Origin: Paraphysomonas bandaiensis
Lineage: Eukaryota > Protista > Chrysophyceae
Length of the DNA stretch: 64,000 nucleotides
Reading direction: 5' to 3'
Assembly: GCA_965644295.1 (NCBI GenBank)
Contig: CBFFRP010000371.1
Location: 186,001 to 250,000 of the forward strand
The notes under the pieces were generated by a model. The model was given only the letters and a program-made list of their open reading frames with translations. It was not told the origin of the DNA and did not search any database. A program made the translations under genes and the position numbers. Positions 12,501 through 25,662 of the stretch are shown here, piece by piece; within the stretch, counting starts at the first letter, position 1, and the number at the start of each line of letters is the position of its first letter.

Positions 12501-12871
12501 CCAATCCGCTACATGATCGTTCCGTTATTCTCAGGGATGAGAGTCTGAAAAAGCTGAACTTTGCTGTCGAAGAGGCTGCGAATTCGTTTGTTAGTTGTGT
12601 CGGACCTGTGATGTGTGTTACGTCGATGTTTATATGTTCGCTCTGTTGGGATATTGTCAGTGATAGACGTGGTTGGCAAGTAGGAATTTATGTACCTGTG
12701 TTTAGCTTTGGAACACTTGCAATTCTATTTACGCTAGTTTATCTTCGTTTCAAACCGACTACAGCATTTCTAGATTTCACTACGGGTGATGGTAAAACTG
12801 ATGGAGTTTTTGAACTGGAGCTTCGACAAAGCAATTGGAATCAACAAGATGTGAGTAATCCGATCCTGTAA
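9574..12871 (+). pseudogene. C-terminal half of LRR receptor copy 1: LRRs plus multi-pass TM domain, no kinase; intron 11667-11716
   Basis: ORFs 9582-11672 and 11702-12871 join in frame via a 50-nt GT-AG intron (IFK|LFW); many hydrophobic segments. Confidence 0.88.
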
Positions 12872-13046
12872 AAATCTTAACAAAATAGATATTCTTTTTC
12901 ACCTTCACTGTAATGAAATTATTACTTTTATTAATTATTTCAGTTGAGTGATACAATATCTGGATATTATTATTAGTAATTAATTATTTCTGGATATATA
13001 TGCAGTTTATACGTTTATACATATTGTCACGTATAAATGGCGTACA

Positions 13047-13177
13047 TGTTGATGAAACTTTACTTTCAAACCTTCGATTTACCTAACAACAAGATCACTG
13101 GAATTGCCAGTAGCGGCTATTATCCGGATGTTTCTTATGACAAATACCTGACATTAATAGTCAATCGATTATCTGGA
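13047..13177 (+). pseudogene. Short diverged LRR receptor fragment
   Basis: YFQTFDLPNNKITGIASSGYYPDV...LIVNRLSG, cf. ~10680-10820. Confidence 0.75.
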
Positions 13178-13189
13178 CTCCAGATAATA

Positions 13190-13782
13190 CATGTAGTATG
13201 TACTTCCAATACATGTGAAAAATAAGATTTAAGGTTAGTCTTGATATTTAGTAAGGATATACTTGGTATTATTAGAGATAAAGATTGAACGATAAGGCCT
13301 AATAGTATAATAGCAAGACACATTTGAGCAGAGCGTTAGCACCACACAGGTGCAGGGATATACATGAATCAATGACTCCTAATAGTGAACGCCGCTCAGC
13401 GCAGCTAAACTTATCATTTCAGTGTTGCGCAAAAGTATGCATCCTTCTACACTTAATATGCTGTTGTTTCTGAAAGCTAATCGACAGTTGTGGCCGGATG
13501 CAAGCATATTTCAAATAATTTTGGATGAATATGGTGATGTTGACGTCAGCGATGATGGATCAGAGGATGAGGACGAGGTGGATTTTTATTAGCTATAAGC
13601 AGTTGTTACTTACTAATACTAAAAATTGAATCTACGGATGTGTTTACTTACTGCTTAGTCATACTAATATATTGCAATATATTGTAATTGTGTTGTTGAG
13701 CCTGCTTAAAATCTCCATCAACAATAGTATTGATAGAACGCTAACTTACAATAGTATTGCAATATATTGTTTCCTAGCCCTG
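13190..13782 (+). mobile_element. hAT-like transposon right end inserted in an LRR remnant
   Basis: Homologous to 63670-64000; 13490-13795 matches 1-306, including the LRR junction ATCTGGAGGTGTA. Confidence 0.7.
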
Positions 13783-14696
13783 ATCTGGAGGTGTAATCTT
13801 CTAATGGTTTAGATATTTTATTAATATTATCAAGATTGTTTATGTAACGATCATTCCAACCATCCGTTAGAGTACAAGTAACGGATCGCTTTCATCTTCT
13901 ATACTATAGTCTGAAAATCTTTCTAATAGAGATCTCTTTTTATTTTCTGGTTTCTAATGCTTCATTGTCTGGTTGTCATTCTTATTATGCTGCTCGTAGT
14001 AGCATCAACTGCTCTCATAGTATGACTATAATGATCCAAGATACAGTCCAAGGAGTGACTAAATACCATTACAAATATACAAAACCAGGGGTTTATAGTA
14101 TAAATAATGTAATCTGTGAAAGAAAATCAGGATATATAGTGCGATTGGAATAGAGGAAGTGGCTGATAGGATGTACTGCTGCATAGAGTACGCCCCTACC
14201 CATATTAGTACTATATTCAATAGTACGGTTCGTAGTGATGGCAACGTATTATGACGTACTACAAATCGTATGAACACCCCCCCATACTCTGCTGTACCAT
14301 ACATACTATACCACTGTCGTATACCATACATATACACACACACCACCGCACCATACATATACTGCTGTATATACCACACACACCGTACATACTGCTGTAT
14401 ATACATACATACATATATACAGTATATGTATATATACATACCACACACACCATACATATATACATATATACACATACACATATCATCATTATCCATACAT
14501 AGAACAGCCATTGCTATCATAGCCCATCTAATTAAATAACTCACACCAATATACACATCCATATCCTCTACACACCATGTAATGAACCTATAAAGATATA
14601 TCATATCATGTACACAACATTACAGTGATATATACATACATACACACGTATATACATACATACATACATATATATATACATCTATTATTAACAATA

Positions 14697-16072
14697 ATGA
14701 CCAATATATCAATCAAACAATCTGATTCATATATTAATAATGATTTAGATTTAAGAAATATAACTGTTTCATCCTTTAAAACTATACAAGGAGACTCATC
14801 GAAGTATACTGTACGTATATATATAGATCTATAGTGAGAGATATCACTGTATAATATACATACAGGTATATGATATCGACATCGTTACTGAATGTGGATT
14901 ACGTTGGACAGTTTGCAAAGTATGTATATTTATGTATAATGACTCTGTAGTTGAGTGTGTTAATTGTTCGATTGTAGCGTTTCTCAGAGTTTTATTCACT
15001 CCATCGAAAGTTAAAACGCTATCATGATGTCCGAGATATGGACTTTCCATCGAAGTATGTTTTCTTCAATTTCTCTACAAAAACATTAAAGAAGCGACGA
15101 GATAAATTCAATGAATATCTTCGAAATCTACTTGTTTTGCAGACGTTGCCAATAGAGCTTTGGGTTTTTCTAGGAATTGCTGAGGTGAATATATTACCTG
15201 ACCTATTATACACGTGCGTTATATGTTTTCGTTTGAATCTCCATGTGGCTGAAATCTTTATGACTCTCTTAATAATCTAGAATGCTCAGCGTGGTGCTTC
15301 ACGTACACTTGACTTGGTTGAAGCTGAAGCCCGTGAGTCTATTGACCGTCTCAGTTGCGATAGCGACATCGCTAAAGGTCGCCCAAAGAAAGCTATCGGA
15401 TACATGAAAAAAGAAACTGGGGGCATTTTGAGTCACTGGTCACAACATATGTTTCAACTATTTGCTACGGAAATGACCTCTATTTTGGCTTATTATGGTG
15501 ACAATGACGAAAAGCTTGGGGTTGTTGACCTTCGTGGCTACGACGTTGAGGAGGAGGACTCCATGATTCGTTTGACTGGGCCAGATGGACGGGAACTACA
15601 TCTACAGTGCTGTGAGCACAACACGGTGTATTGGATGACATCTCTTACAGCTCATGTTGAATACGCATTGTCCCGTATTCCGTTGAGGATGACGGGGTTT
15701 ATAAGAAAGAGAGGACACGTAAGGAAGAATTGGAAGAAGCGTTTTTTTGTGTTGGAGTCCACCGCCACCACCACTATGATGTACTACTATTCCAAGGAAT
15801 TAACGAATTCTAATGGTAAGGCTGACGATGATGAGGACGATTTGGTGCCACCACATAGACGCCAGGGAGCAGGAGAACCCAAAGGAATTATAAATATGGC
15901 GGACTATAAACACCGTGTAGATACGAAATACCTAGTGCTAGAGAGTGTGATGACCAAGCACCCTGTACATACTTCATATCATTTTGACTTCTTATCTGAA
16001 GATGATCGAGAGTTATGGATTGCAGCGATTGAAGCTCACGTTAATTACTTAGCTTCTGTTGTGGAAGAATGA
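14697..16072 (+). CDS. PX domain + tandem PH domain protein (about 4 exons)
   Basis: Spliced: ...KYT|VYDIDIV...WTVCK|RFSEFYSLHRKL...FPSK...RRDKFNEYL (PX), then GYMKKETGGILSHWSQ and GFIRKRGHVRKNWKKRFFVL (PH). Confidence 0.85.
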
Positions 16073-16884
16073 GGTTCTTCCAGACTAACGTTCTAGCTGC
16101 TGCCTAAGGTCCAATTAAGCGATAGCTAATCCATATATATAATTTATATAGTCCTAACTCTCTCTTTGTATTACGTGTTATTCTCTTTACATCTTGACGT
16201 TGAGCATTTCGTATTGAAATTATGCACAGCGACTTCTATATTTTGCTACTACTACCTACTACGTATGCAGAGAATCCTTATTATACAAAATAATAATAGA
16301 TGCTGAGCATTAATTAGTAAAATGATGAGACTTGTGTAACTTTTGAGAAGAGTTGACGACGCATTGTGTATCCTAATTCTAATGAAATACAAATTACAAA
16401 CTGCAACTTTTAGACTTAAAGTAGTGACACTTGTCTTTCATTCAGATATAGTCAAAGTAGTGAATGTCGTATTATTACCAATAGGCGTGTAAGAGTCAGA
16501 ACACTCAATACGATATGGTATAGACTTTTTTATTAGCTTAAGGTTTCTTCAATGCTGTAGCTTAAGCTTTCTAATTTATAATCGTTAGTGGCGAATACTG
16601 CAGTAAAGTGTAGGTGTAACTGTTAGCTACTGAGGGTCATGACTGCTTTGTAACAATTGATGTAGCACGTAAATAGAAATTGTGAGAAATAATCACTAAG
16701 TAATTATTAACGACAATTTCTCGTGTAGTTCTACTCGTCCATATATACTTTCAGATTTAGTTTGACACATTAAAGAATTTCATATTTTAAAAGTAACAGT
16801 ATGTACTAAAGCCGATATCTGAAATGTGTAAACGAACAAAGAGACTTATTCTGCACATGCACTTAAAATACGAAAACGAAGAAG

Positions 16885-18079
16885 CTACTTCCTTCGATAT
16901 TGCTCAGCCACGTCTTGCCATGGTGGCAGATGCATATTCATCTCAGTAGGTGTCCAGTAAGGGTAATAGCTGTTCACCTTGTTCACAATTAAGCTAAACA
17001 ATTGCTTGTTACCCCTACATTATGAAGATGATATGTTACAGCAAATAGCATATACACAGGGACGCAAGTCTTACTTTTCATTAAGATGAATTCCATCAAT
17101 GAGGTAGTCTTTTCTAAGCTCTGAGTCTCCTTCCATCCCCTTCCAAGCATTCACAACGGGGAGTGTGAACTGTAACGCAAGCTGGTTAAGACACAACTAA
17201 ACCGGCACACAACAGATTCACCTCACGGCCAACTTTTTCTGCGACCTCGACATACCGATAAGTCCTAACCCAATAGCAATAAGCTGTAATGTTTATGAAG
17301 TCTTCACTGCTTACCTATCGTTGAATCTGTCTACGACACTGCCTTTTCCCTTTTCCATATTAAAGACCTTAAGCTTTTCTTCGTAAATTGGAGGAGGAGT
17401 AATGATAATAATATCAGTCGCAGGTAGTCGCTATGCAACTTCATATTACTACGCATAATTTACTACGATATCATTACCTCTTGCACTGATGCTACCATAC
17501 TCCGAAGATTAGATTCATATTCTTGCAATGGTACATACTGCACACTACTTTCAATTGCAGCATCATTAGCACCAAAAAAAATGAAAAGAAGATCAGGTTT
17601 CATTAATATGACTGTTTTTTCGAACACCTCAAGTCCCCATCTGTATATATATATATGAGGACATGGGGACATCACATGTGGTCTACAAGTGCACTGTAGG
17701 AATTACTCTACCTCGTGTTGTATCCAGAAAACCCTCTATTCGTTATATCCACTTTTCTTGACCACCATTCACCAAGACGTGATATCCATCTATATGATAT
17801 CAGTATAATCCCATGTAATCATGTATATATATGTATATATACATACCCAGCCCCCTCATTAATAGCATATCTGTTATATACATATACATTAATACTCAAT
17901 CATATCATACGTATGTATTCTATATACCCAAATTGTGTGATACTATCACCAAAAAATATAACATGTTTACGTTCTCTCTTTGGAGTGGTAATGAAGCCTT
18001 TAATACATGTAACCATGATAGTAGCTACACACATGCCACATATGAATATAAAGGCACGATTATTTAACCATCGTTGCAT
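16885..18079 (-). CDS. IAH1: SGNH/GDSL esterase, isoamyl-acetate-hydrolysing esterase-like, multi-exon
   Basis: Motifs IFFGDSITQFG, NRGFSGYNTRW, IFFGANDAA, IIITPPPI, LIDGIHLN across short introns. Confidence 0.85.
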
Positions 18080-18236
18080 AAGGATAGAGTTAATAGATGA
18101 AGTAGAGGTTGATTAAGGTAATATGAGTTTCTTCTTGGTGGAATGCATGGAGAGACAGTGTTGCAATTGATGTCTCTATATACAGCAGTATATGATACCA
18201 GCCTATATAAGATTATGCTGATATACAGCGGAATAC

Positions 18237-18237
<1 letters not shown>

Positions 18238-18267
<30 letters not shown>

Positions 18268-19328
18268 TGTATGTATGTATGTATGTATGTATGTATGTAT
18301 GTATGTATGTATGTATGTATGTATGTATGTATGTATGTATGTATGTATGTATGTATGTATGTATGTATGTATGTATGTATGTATGTATGTATGTATGTAT
18401 GTATGTATGTATGTATGTATGTATGTATGTATGTATGTATGTATGTATGTATGTATGTATGTATGTATGTATGTATGTATGTATGTATGTATGTATGTAT
18501 GTATGTATGTATGTATGTATGTATGTATGTATGTATGTATGTATGTATGTATGTATGTATGTATGTATGTATGTATGTATGTATGTATGTATGTATGTAT
18601 GTATGTATGTATGTATGTATGTATGTATGTATGTATGTATGTATGTATGTTTGTATGTATGTATGTATGTATGTATGTATGTATGTGTGTATGTATGTAT
18701 GTATGTATGTATGTATGTATGTATGTATGTATGTATGTGTGTATGTATGTATGTATGTATGTATGTATGTATGTATGTATGTATGTATGTATGTATGTAT
18801 GTATGTATGTATGTATGTATGTATGTATGTATGTATGTATGTATGTATGTTTGTATGTATGTATGTATGTATGTATGTATGTATGTATGTATGTATGTAT
18901 GTATGTATGTATGTATTTATGTATGTATGTATGTATGTATTTATGTATGTATGTATGTATGTATGTATGTATGTATGTATGTATGTATGTATGTATGTAT
19001 GTATGTATGTATGTATGTATGTATGTATGTATGTATGTATGTATGTATGTATGTATGTATGTATGTATGTATGTATGTATGTATGTATGTATGTATGTAT
19101 GTGTGTATGTATGTATGTATGTATGTATGTATGTATGTATGTATGTATGTATGTATGTATGTATGTATGTATGTATGTATGTATGTATGTATGTATGTAT
19201 GTATGTATGTATGTATGTATGTATGTATGTATGTATGTATGTATGTATGTATGTATGTATGTATGTATGTATGAATGTATGTATGTATGTATGTATGTAT
19301 GTATGTATGTATGTATGTATGTATGTAT
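18238..19328 (+). repeat. ~1.1-kb (TATG)n microsatellite
   Basis: Read directly. Confidence 0.98.
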
Positions 19329-19329
19329 A

Positions 19330-20441
19330 CTGTGTATATGGTATATGGGGTGGCTCACATAACCTTCTATAGCTATATGGTCAGCTAATTATAAGTGGAT
19401 ATAGTAGTGTAGGCTGTCACTCACCCGTTCACCAAATAGTAAGCAAAGAACCAGCGGTTTCTATCTTGTGTTTCTACGTTTCAATCGTGTGTTGATACGT
19501 TGCTAACATGTTATGGTGGGAGTTTATGTGGCCCTTTGAGTGTGGTGATGTAACGACGACTGTGGCCGTTTGTTTGACTGCAGCGTAAAGTTGCCGGAGA
19601 AATTTGGCAGTTGCAATTTCTAGAGTACGAAGTCCTTGTGAGTTGAAAGCACAGATATATTGCGTGCCAAACTCGGTTACAGTCCTCTTCCAGAATCGCT
19701 CAATTTGTGGTATTGAGGTATTCCAAGCTCTGCTGGAGAGTCTCTTGGGAATGGCTGCACTCCAAGTTGGTAGGGTCGGGTCTCGTTGTAGTTCCCGGAG
19801 TCTCTCCTTGTGTCTCTGAAAGGTGGATTCTCGTATCTGTCGGTGGAGTCGTGTGCACATATGCTTGAGAGAGTCAAATCGAAAACCACAGTCGGAGAAT
19901 GTGGCTTTGGCCCGGTTCTTACCAATGCTGAAAGATTTGTTCCACATGTCACGACTGCATTGAGTATGCGCTGTTGTAGGTGTTGATTAATAAAATACCA
20001 TAAATGCTAATATTGTACCATACAGCGCTACGAGAACTATTTGTGCGTCACCGCAAGCACCAAGGTGCAACCATCATCGCTATCTATCACTAAAAGCAAA
20101 CGCAGTGAGCAAGCAGAATGTTGATATATCTGACACCTGAATTTTCGGAATGTTCTGAGTCCTTATAATGAACAGATCGAATGCTGGGCTTCAGCAGGCA
20201 GCCCAATACCCCGGATGCCTGTTTATTCGTGAAGACCCAAAGACGTCTACGCAAGTGAATCTTGTTTGTGTCCCTGTTCCACCACTGCACCACGCAAGCA
20301 TTAGGCAGTGAGTGGGCAGAACAACAATATTTACTGACTGTATATGCTACTCACTACTCACGTTAGTGTTCCGGAGAAATAATTTCCGGTACTTATCCCC
20401 CAGAACAACACGAAATGTTGTGAGTCCTACTTTGTTGAGAG
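19330..20441 (-). mobile_element. Composite or internally deleted non-LTR element: ribozyme-type 5' end, LINE C-terminal ORF remnant (19474-19947), 3' region running into (CATA)n
   Basis: The minus strand from 20441 matches the retroposon head; the ORF has a degenerate zinc-knuckle-like DCGFRFDSLKH. Confidence 0.55.
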
Positions 20442-20621
20442 AATGAAAAACTTCTTCTTAAAATTTGTTGTGCCAGTGAAACAAGCAGCATTACTAATAC
20501 TTGACACTGGTGACTGTACGTGTTCCACCTGTGATAATATATATATATAATATCGGTTACATGATTGCAAGACGCAAGACAGTAACACATTATATTAAAA
20601 TAGTAATAACCTCATTATATT

Positions 20622-20745
20622 CCTCAACAAAGTCGCACCTTTTCGTGGTGTTTTGGGGGACTAGTAGCGGAGATATACAGTCATCAGATATTGTTCTACC
20701 CGCTCATAGCCTAGAGCTTTTGCGTAGCAAGCAAGGGACACACGC
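20622..20745 (+). mobile_element. Deleted ribozyme-headed retroposon 5' fragment
   Basis: CCTCAACAAAGTCGCACCTTTTCGTGGTG... Confidence 0.7.
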
Positions 20746-20800
20746 AGCTTTCGTAGTAGGATATCATAGTTAAGCACTAGTTAGTTAAATTGTTTTGCCA

Positions 20801-21312
20801 CCCTCAACAAATTCGGACTCACACCTTTCCGTGGTGTTCTGGGGAATATGTACCGGTGAGATTCTCTCTGAGAAACCAACGTGAGCCGCAAACATATAGT
20901 CAGCAAATATTCTTCTGCCCACTCATAGCCAAATGCTTGTGTGGTACAAGGGACACCAATAAGTGTCACTTGAGTAGATGTCTTGGGGCCCTGACGAATA
21001 AACAGGCACCCGGGAATGGGCCCACCTCAAGAGCATCCGGGACAGGGCCCACCTCAAGGGTAACCGGGGTATTGGGCTGCCTGCTGAATTCAAGCATCCG
21101 GGAAGTTCACCTCAAGAACTCAGAGCGGAAGTGGTCGTACCTTGGTGCTTGCGGCGTCGCACAAGCAGCTTCCGTAACGTCAAATAGTAGGATAAATAAA
21201 GTCTGTACTGATTAGTTACAGGTAGAGGTCTAACTAGTTTGTCTAGCATTCATCTAGCTACTAAGTTGGTGCAGATTTTTAACGCCTATTGCTAAATAAA
21301 CAGACTTTTATT
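20801..21312 (+). mobile_element. Ribozyme-headed retroposon, short (~510 bp) form
   Basis: Colinear with the reverse complement of 35522-36032; possible decayed TSD (ATTGTTTTGCCA / ATTGTTTTATGGCA). Confidence 0.85.
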
Positions 21313-21441
21313 ATATTGTTTTATGGCACTAGTTCCTACTCTTACACGTCTATAGCTAGTAATCAGACATTCACTACTTCTCATTATATTGAAGGCGAAA
21401 AATAATAAATACAGCAGCCACATCATACAATATAATGAATA

Positions 21442-24400
21442 CTAAATGATAGGGTTGCTGACAGCGTGCTGATTCATATTGCTTTGTTGAAACTCCACTT
21501 CAAAGTGTCCATCAATTTTACCGTCGCTATTGGCCAAATCTCGAACTGAAATTTCATACTGCAATGCTATGTTCGGTTTGAAACGAAGATAAACTAACGT
21601 AAATAGAATTGCAAGTGTTCCAAAGCTAAACACAGGTACATAAATTCCTACCTGCCAACCACGTCTATCACTGACAATATCCCAACAGAGCAAACATATG
21701 AACATCGACGTAACACACATCACAGGTCCAACACAACTAACAAACGAATTCGCAGCCTCTTCGACAGCAAAATTCAGTTTTTTCAGACTCTCATCCCTGA
21801 GAATAACGGAACGATCATGTAGCGGATTGGCAATATGGTGTGGTGCTTCTCTGTTATCTGCAGATACACTGACACCATGAGAATGAGAGCGATGAAGCAA
21901 AAATCTTCCAATGAAAAATCGCCACTGGATTGTCGATAAGCACAATGCAGCTGCAATTTCAACAGTTAGGACAGGGCTTAGTAACCCAAATGACAATAGA
22001 ACTGCAAGGTGGTGAGCGAAAGACGATACTACCATATCACTTCGTAGGAAATGACTCGTTAATAACTTCAACTTTGTCAAATGTGCTTCTAACATATGGT
22101 CTTCACAATCTGAAGTGTGTACATACTCTCCTGAGGATGATAGTCGAAATGGCCAGAGAATCATAGGAGTATACTTGACTATCCACACAGGCAAATCACT
22201 CCAGCGAGCATATTTATATATTACAAGTAGTACGCACGGAAGAAGTAGAAGGAAAGAGAAAGTATATATGTAAACCGGAACATACGCAGTGATGACATTT
22301 GAGGTGCAGAGATTGTTGTAATTGAAAGGAGGATGGAACGGGTCAGTGGTAGATACCACAGTTTCAAACTCGTCACAAACTGTAACAGATGACAACGAGA
22401 AGGCTACACACTCTTCATAACTGTATGATGATGACAATGTCGGAGGCAGAAAAAACAAATCACGAAAGCACGATGGACCCGAGACTGCTAGTACAAAAAG
22501 GGGGGCAATTATACTGTTCATCAAAAGAATAAGTACTTTTAGTCGTGCACGCTGCCGGGGACTGTCGATAAATGGAAGAACAAGCGATGGAACTATTGCA
22601 AAGTTCCAGAAGAGCTTCAACATACATATTAGAATAATAATTATAGAGGATAGTTTATACCTTAAATATGGCTAAAGCGAACTGAATTGCAAGTCGTATC
22701 GCGGAAGTGATATATATAGTAGAGGAATACACGTACAGAGCATTAACAGCGCCCACGATGATCGTATTAAACATTACTAAGGCAGTAACTCGCGGGTAGT
22801 TATACCGTGACCGAACCACGGTAGAACTATTTAATTCATTTTCGTAACTACTCGACGTGTGCTCAATTTTCACTTTGCGTTGGGCATTACATACAGATTG
22901 ACGCAGCCCTAAAACCAATATAGCCCTCGCGGTACACCTCCAGACAATCGGTTCACTATTAAGGTCAGTTTCGTCATAAAAACCGTATCTGAGTCATTTT
23001 TGACAACGTCAGGATAATATCTGTTACTGGCAACTCCAGTGATCTTGTTGTTATATAGATCGAGTGTTTGAAAGTAATGTTTATCAACTGCATCGGGAAT
23101 AGTTCCTTCCAAGTGATTATGAGCAAGACTCACATTCAACAGTGTTGGAGTAATATGTTCTACTTTAAGATTTCCAGTGAGCAAATTCGCGGCCACATGG
23201 AGTACTTTCAGATTGGGGAGTTCCCAGAGACAGCTGGGAAGAGTACCAGCAGTGAGAGTGGAAAGTGATATTAGAGCTCCTGAAAAAGGAAGTCTAAAAG
23301 TTCGAGGACAATCGCGCGCAGCTCGCAATCCATCCATTGAAATCACACTAAGTTGAGATGCATTACACATTGATAAAGGAAGTGTTCCTTCAAAACAATT
23401 CGAACTCAATGCAATCGTCTGAATACTGGGAATCATGAACAGATCCTGCGGCACCATTCCGCTAAATCGATTCGTACTCATATCTACATTCACAAGGTTT
23501 CTGAAGAGAGGTGAGTCAAATATGTGGGACACATGTCCTGAAAGCTCATTGTTGTTTACTTGAAGCACACGCAACTGCTGAAGGTTACTCAGCGATGATG
23601 GCAACGTCCCTTCAAAATTATTATTGTGCAACTGAAGAAAATTTAGGAGAGTAAGTTGTGAAAGAGACGCAGGCACAGAACCTGAAAGAGAGTTCGTATC
23701 CAGAACTACATCTTGCAAACGATACAACTCAGTAATACCCTCCTCTAATTTCCCCGTGAACTTATTGCCCCCGAGATAAAGGTATATGAGATTGGACAAT
23801 GAACTAATAGATGTCGGAATAGTAGATGTCAAGTAGTTATCAGTGAGCTGTAAATGGATCAACGACGACATGTCAGGAAATAGAGAAGAAGGTATGCTTC
23901 CCGTCAAGTAATTATCACCAACATACAAGTACCTAAGGGACACGCCAATATAAACTGGTAGCAGACCTGATATCATATTCGATGTTAATTCTAAACTTTG
24001 CAAGAATGTCATGGTCGTCAGTGAAAGTGGAAGGGTGGATGTGATGCGGTTGTTGCGGAGAACAAAATACCGTAGTGAGGACATATTCGCTATTGATGAT
24101 GGTATCGGCCCTGTCATTGCATTATCAGTGAGGTCAACATAATTCAGACGGGCAAGGCGACCAATATCACTGCATAATGACCCACTTAGGTAATTGCTGT
24201 TTAAAATAATTTTAGCCAATGGTACAAGATTATATATAGATTCTGGAAGAGATCCTGTTAGCCAGTTTTGGTCCCCATATAAAGATACCAAGTTGGTTAA
24301 GCTTCCTATAGAAGACGGAAGCGAGGAAGATAAGAAATTCGAGCTCAGGCTCATACTCTCTAATGCAGTCATCATTCCGAGATCACCTGGAAGACTATTG

Positions 24401-25662
24401 GTGAAATAGTTATCAGAAGTGTCCATATACTCCAATGATATGAGCATGGAAAGTCCACCAGGAAGTTTTCCTGTTAATGCATTGTCATAAAAATAAAGTC
24501 TTTTCATTGATTCGAGGTTGGATATCATAGAGGATACTGTACCAGAGAGCAAATTGGTGGACAGGTAAAGTCTGTACAAGCGGCTAAACTCGTAAATTGA
24601 ATCTGGAATATATCCAGTGAATAAATTACCATCTAATCCTAAATACTGAAGTTGCGATAGATTTCTCAATGAAAACAAATTTCCAGTGAGTGCATTTTTC
24701 GACAGTCTTAACTCACTTACTTCAACGAGATTCCCAAGAGAGAGCGGTAGTGACCCACGGATACCAACTTCTTCCAAGGCCAAAAATTCAAGCCTCGAAA
24801 GAGATCCAATGTTCTCAGGTAGTGTACCATAAATGGAATTAAAAGATAAGTCCAAATAAGTTAACTCGTACAACAGCAAAACATTAGTGGGAAAGGTACA
24901 ATTTAAAAAGTTTCCCCAGTAGTTGAGGGTTTGCGTTCTCGCCCAGTCGCCTATTTTGCAAGGTCCAGTTAAACGGTTTGACTGAAATGAAATATACTCC
25001 AGATTAGACAATCGCAATATAAACTCCGGAATTGTTCCATATATATGATTATATGACAAATCCAAATGCGTGAGTTTAATACCAGAATATAAATCGGAGT
25101 CTTCAATGGCACTAAAAATCCCTTCCACTAAACGGAGCTGCTTTAAATTTGGCAGTTCAAATACCAATGACGGTATGGCACCTGACAATTTTGAGGTTTC
25201 AAGATCTAGAGTTTCGAGAAGCTGTAATTTCATGATACTGTGCGGCAATGTCCCAACTAGTTCGTAGTTATTTCCCAACCTCAAATACGTGAGTTGGGAT
25301 AAGTTTCCAATCTCATATGGAAGACTTCCCGTTAATTCATAGTCATCTAAATACAACTCAACTATATGGCAGGTCGTGTTACTATCATCGGTGCAGTTCT
25401 CGGGTGGATTCGAGCACTGAATGCCCTGCCAGACAGTGTGATTGTCGTTACAGGGGTTGATTTCAGTGAGGATTGTATTAAAATGCCATCGAGCTCCATA
25501 TGACTCATTTCTCCACAACCACTCATCTCCATGAGTGTCATTATACAGGGCCCATAGGGCATCAATCTCCTCTACAGGTACTGGAGAAGAAAGCGTGGAT
25601 AGTGTGGAGATAAGGAGTAGGATCCCTGTGGTTCGTATAATGGACTGCATGTTTATTAGCAA
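21442..25662 (-). pseudogene. LRR multi-TM receptor copy 2; a 568-bp deletion leaves a 917-aa LRR-only ORF with the TM region out of frame
   Basis: At ~22920, GGVPRGL is joined to sequence equivalent to 11404 via CTAT microhomology; the downstream exons are near-identical to copy 1. Confidence 0.88.

Noticed and set aside
9582-12871. LRR receptor-like kinase annotation
   Set aside because: No kinase motifs; the C-terminus is multi-pass hydrophobic.
14059-14604. Cys/Tyr/Met-rich ORFs on both strands
   Set aside because: Degenerate CATA/CA-rich low-complexity DNA.
18143-19372. Long MYVC/HTYI-repeat ORFs (also 3454-3914 and 7912-8401)
   Set aside because: Translations of stop-free (TATG)n microsatellites, not genes.
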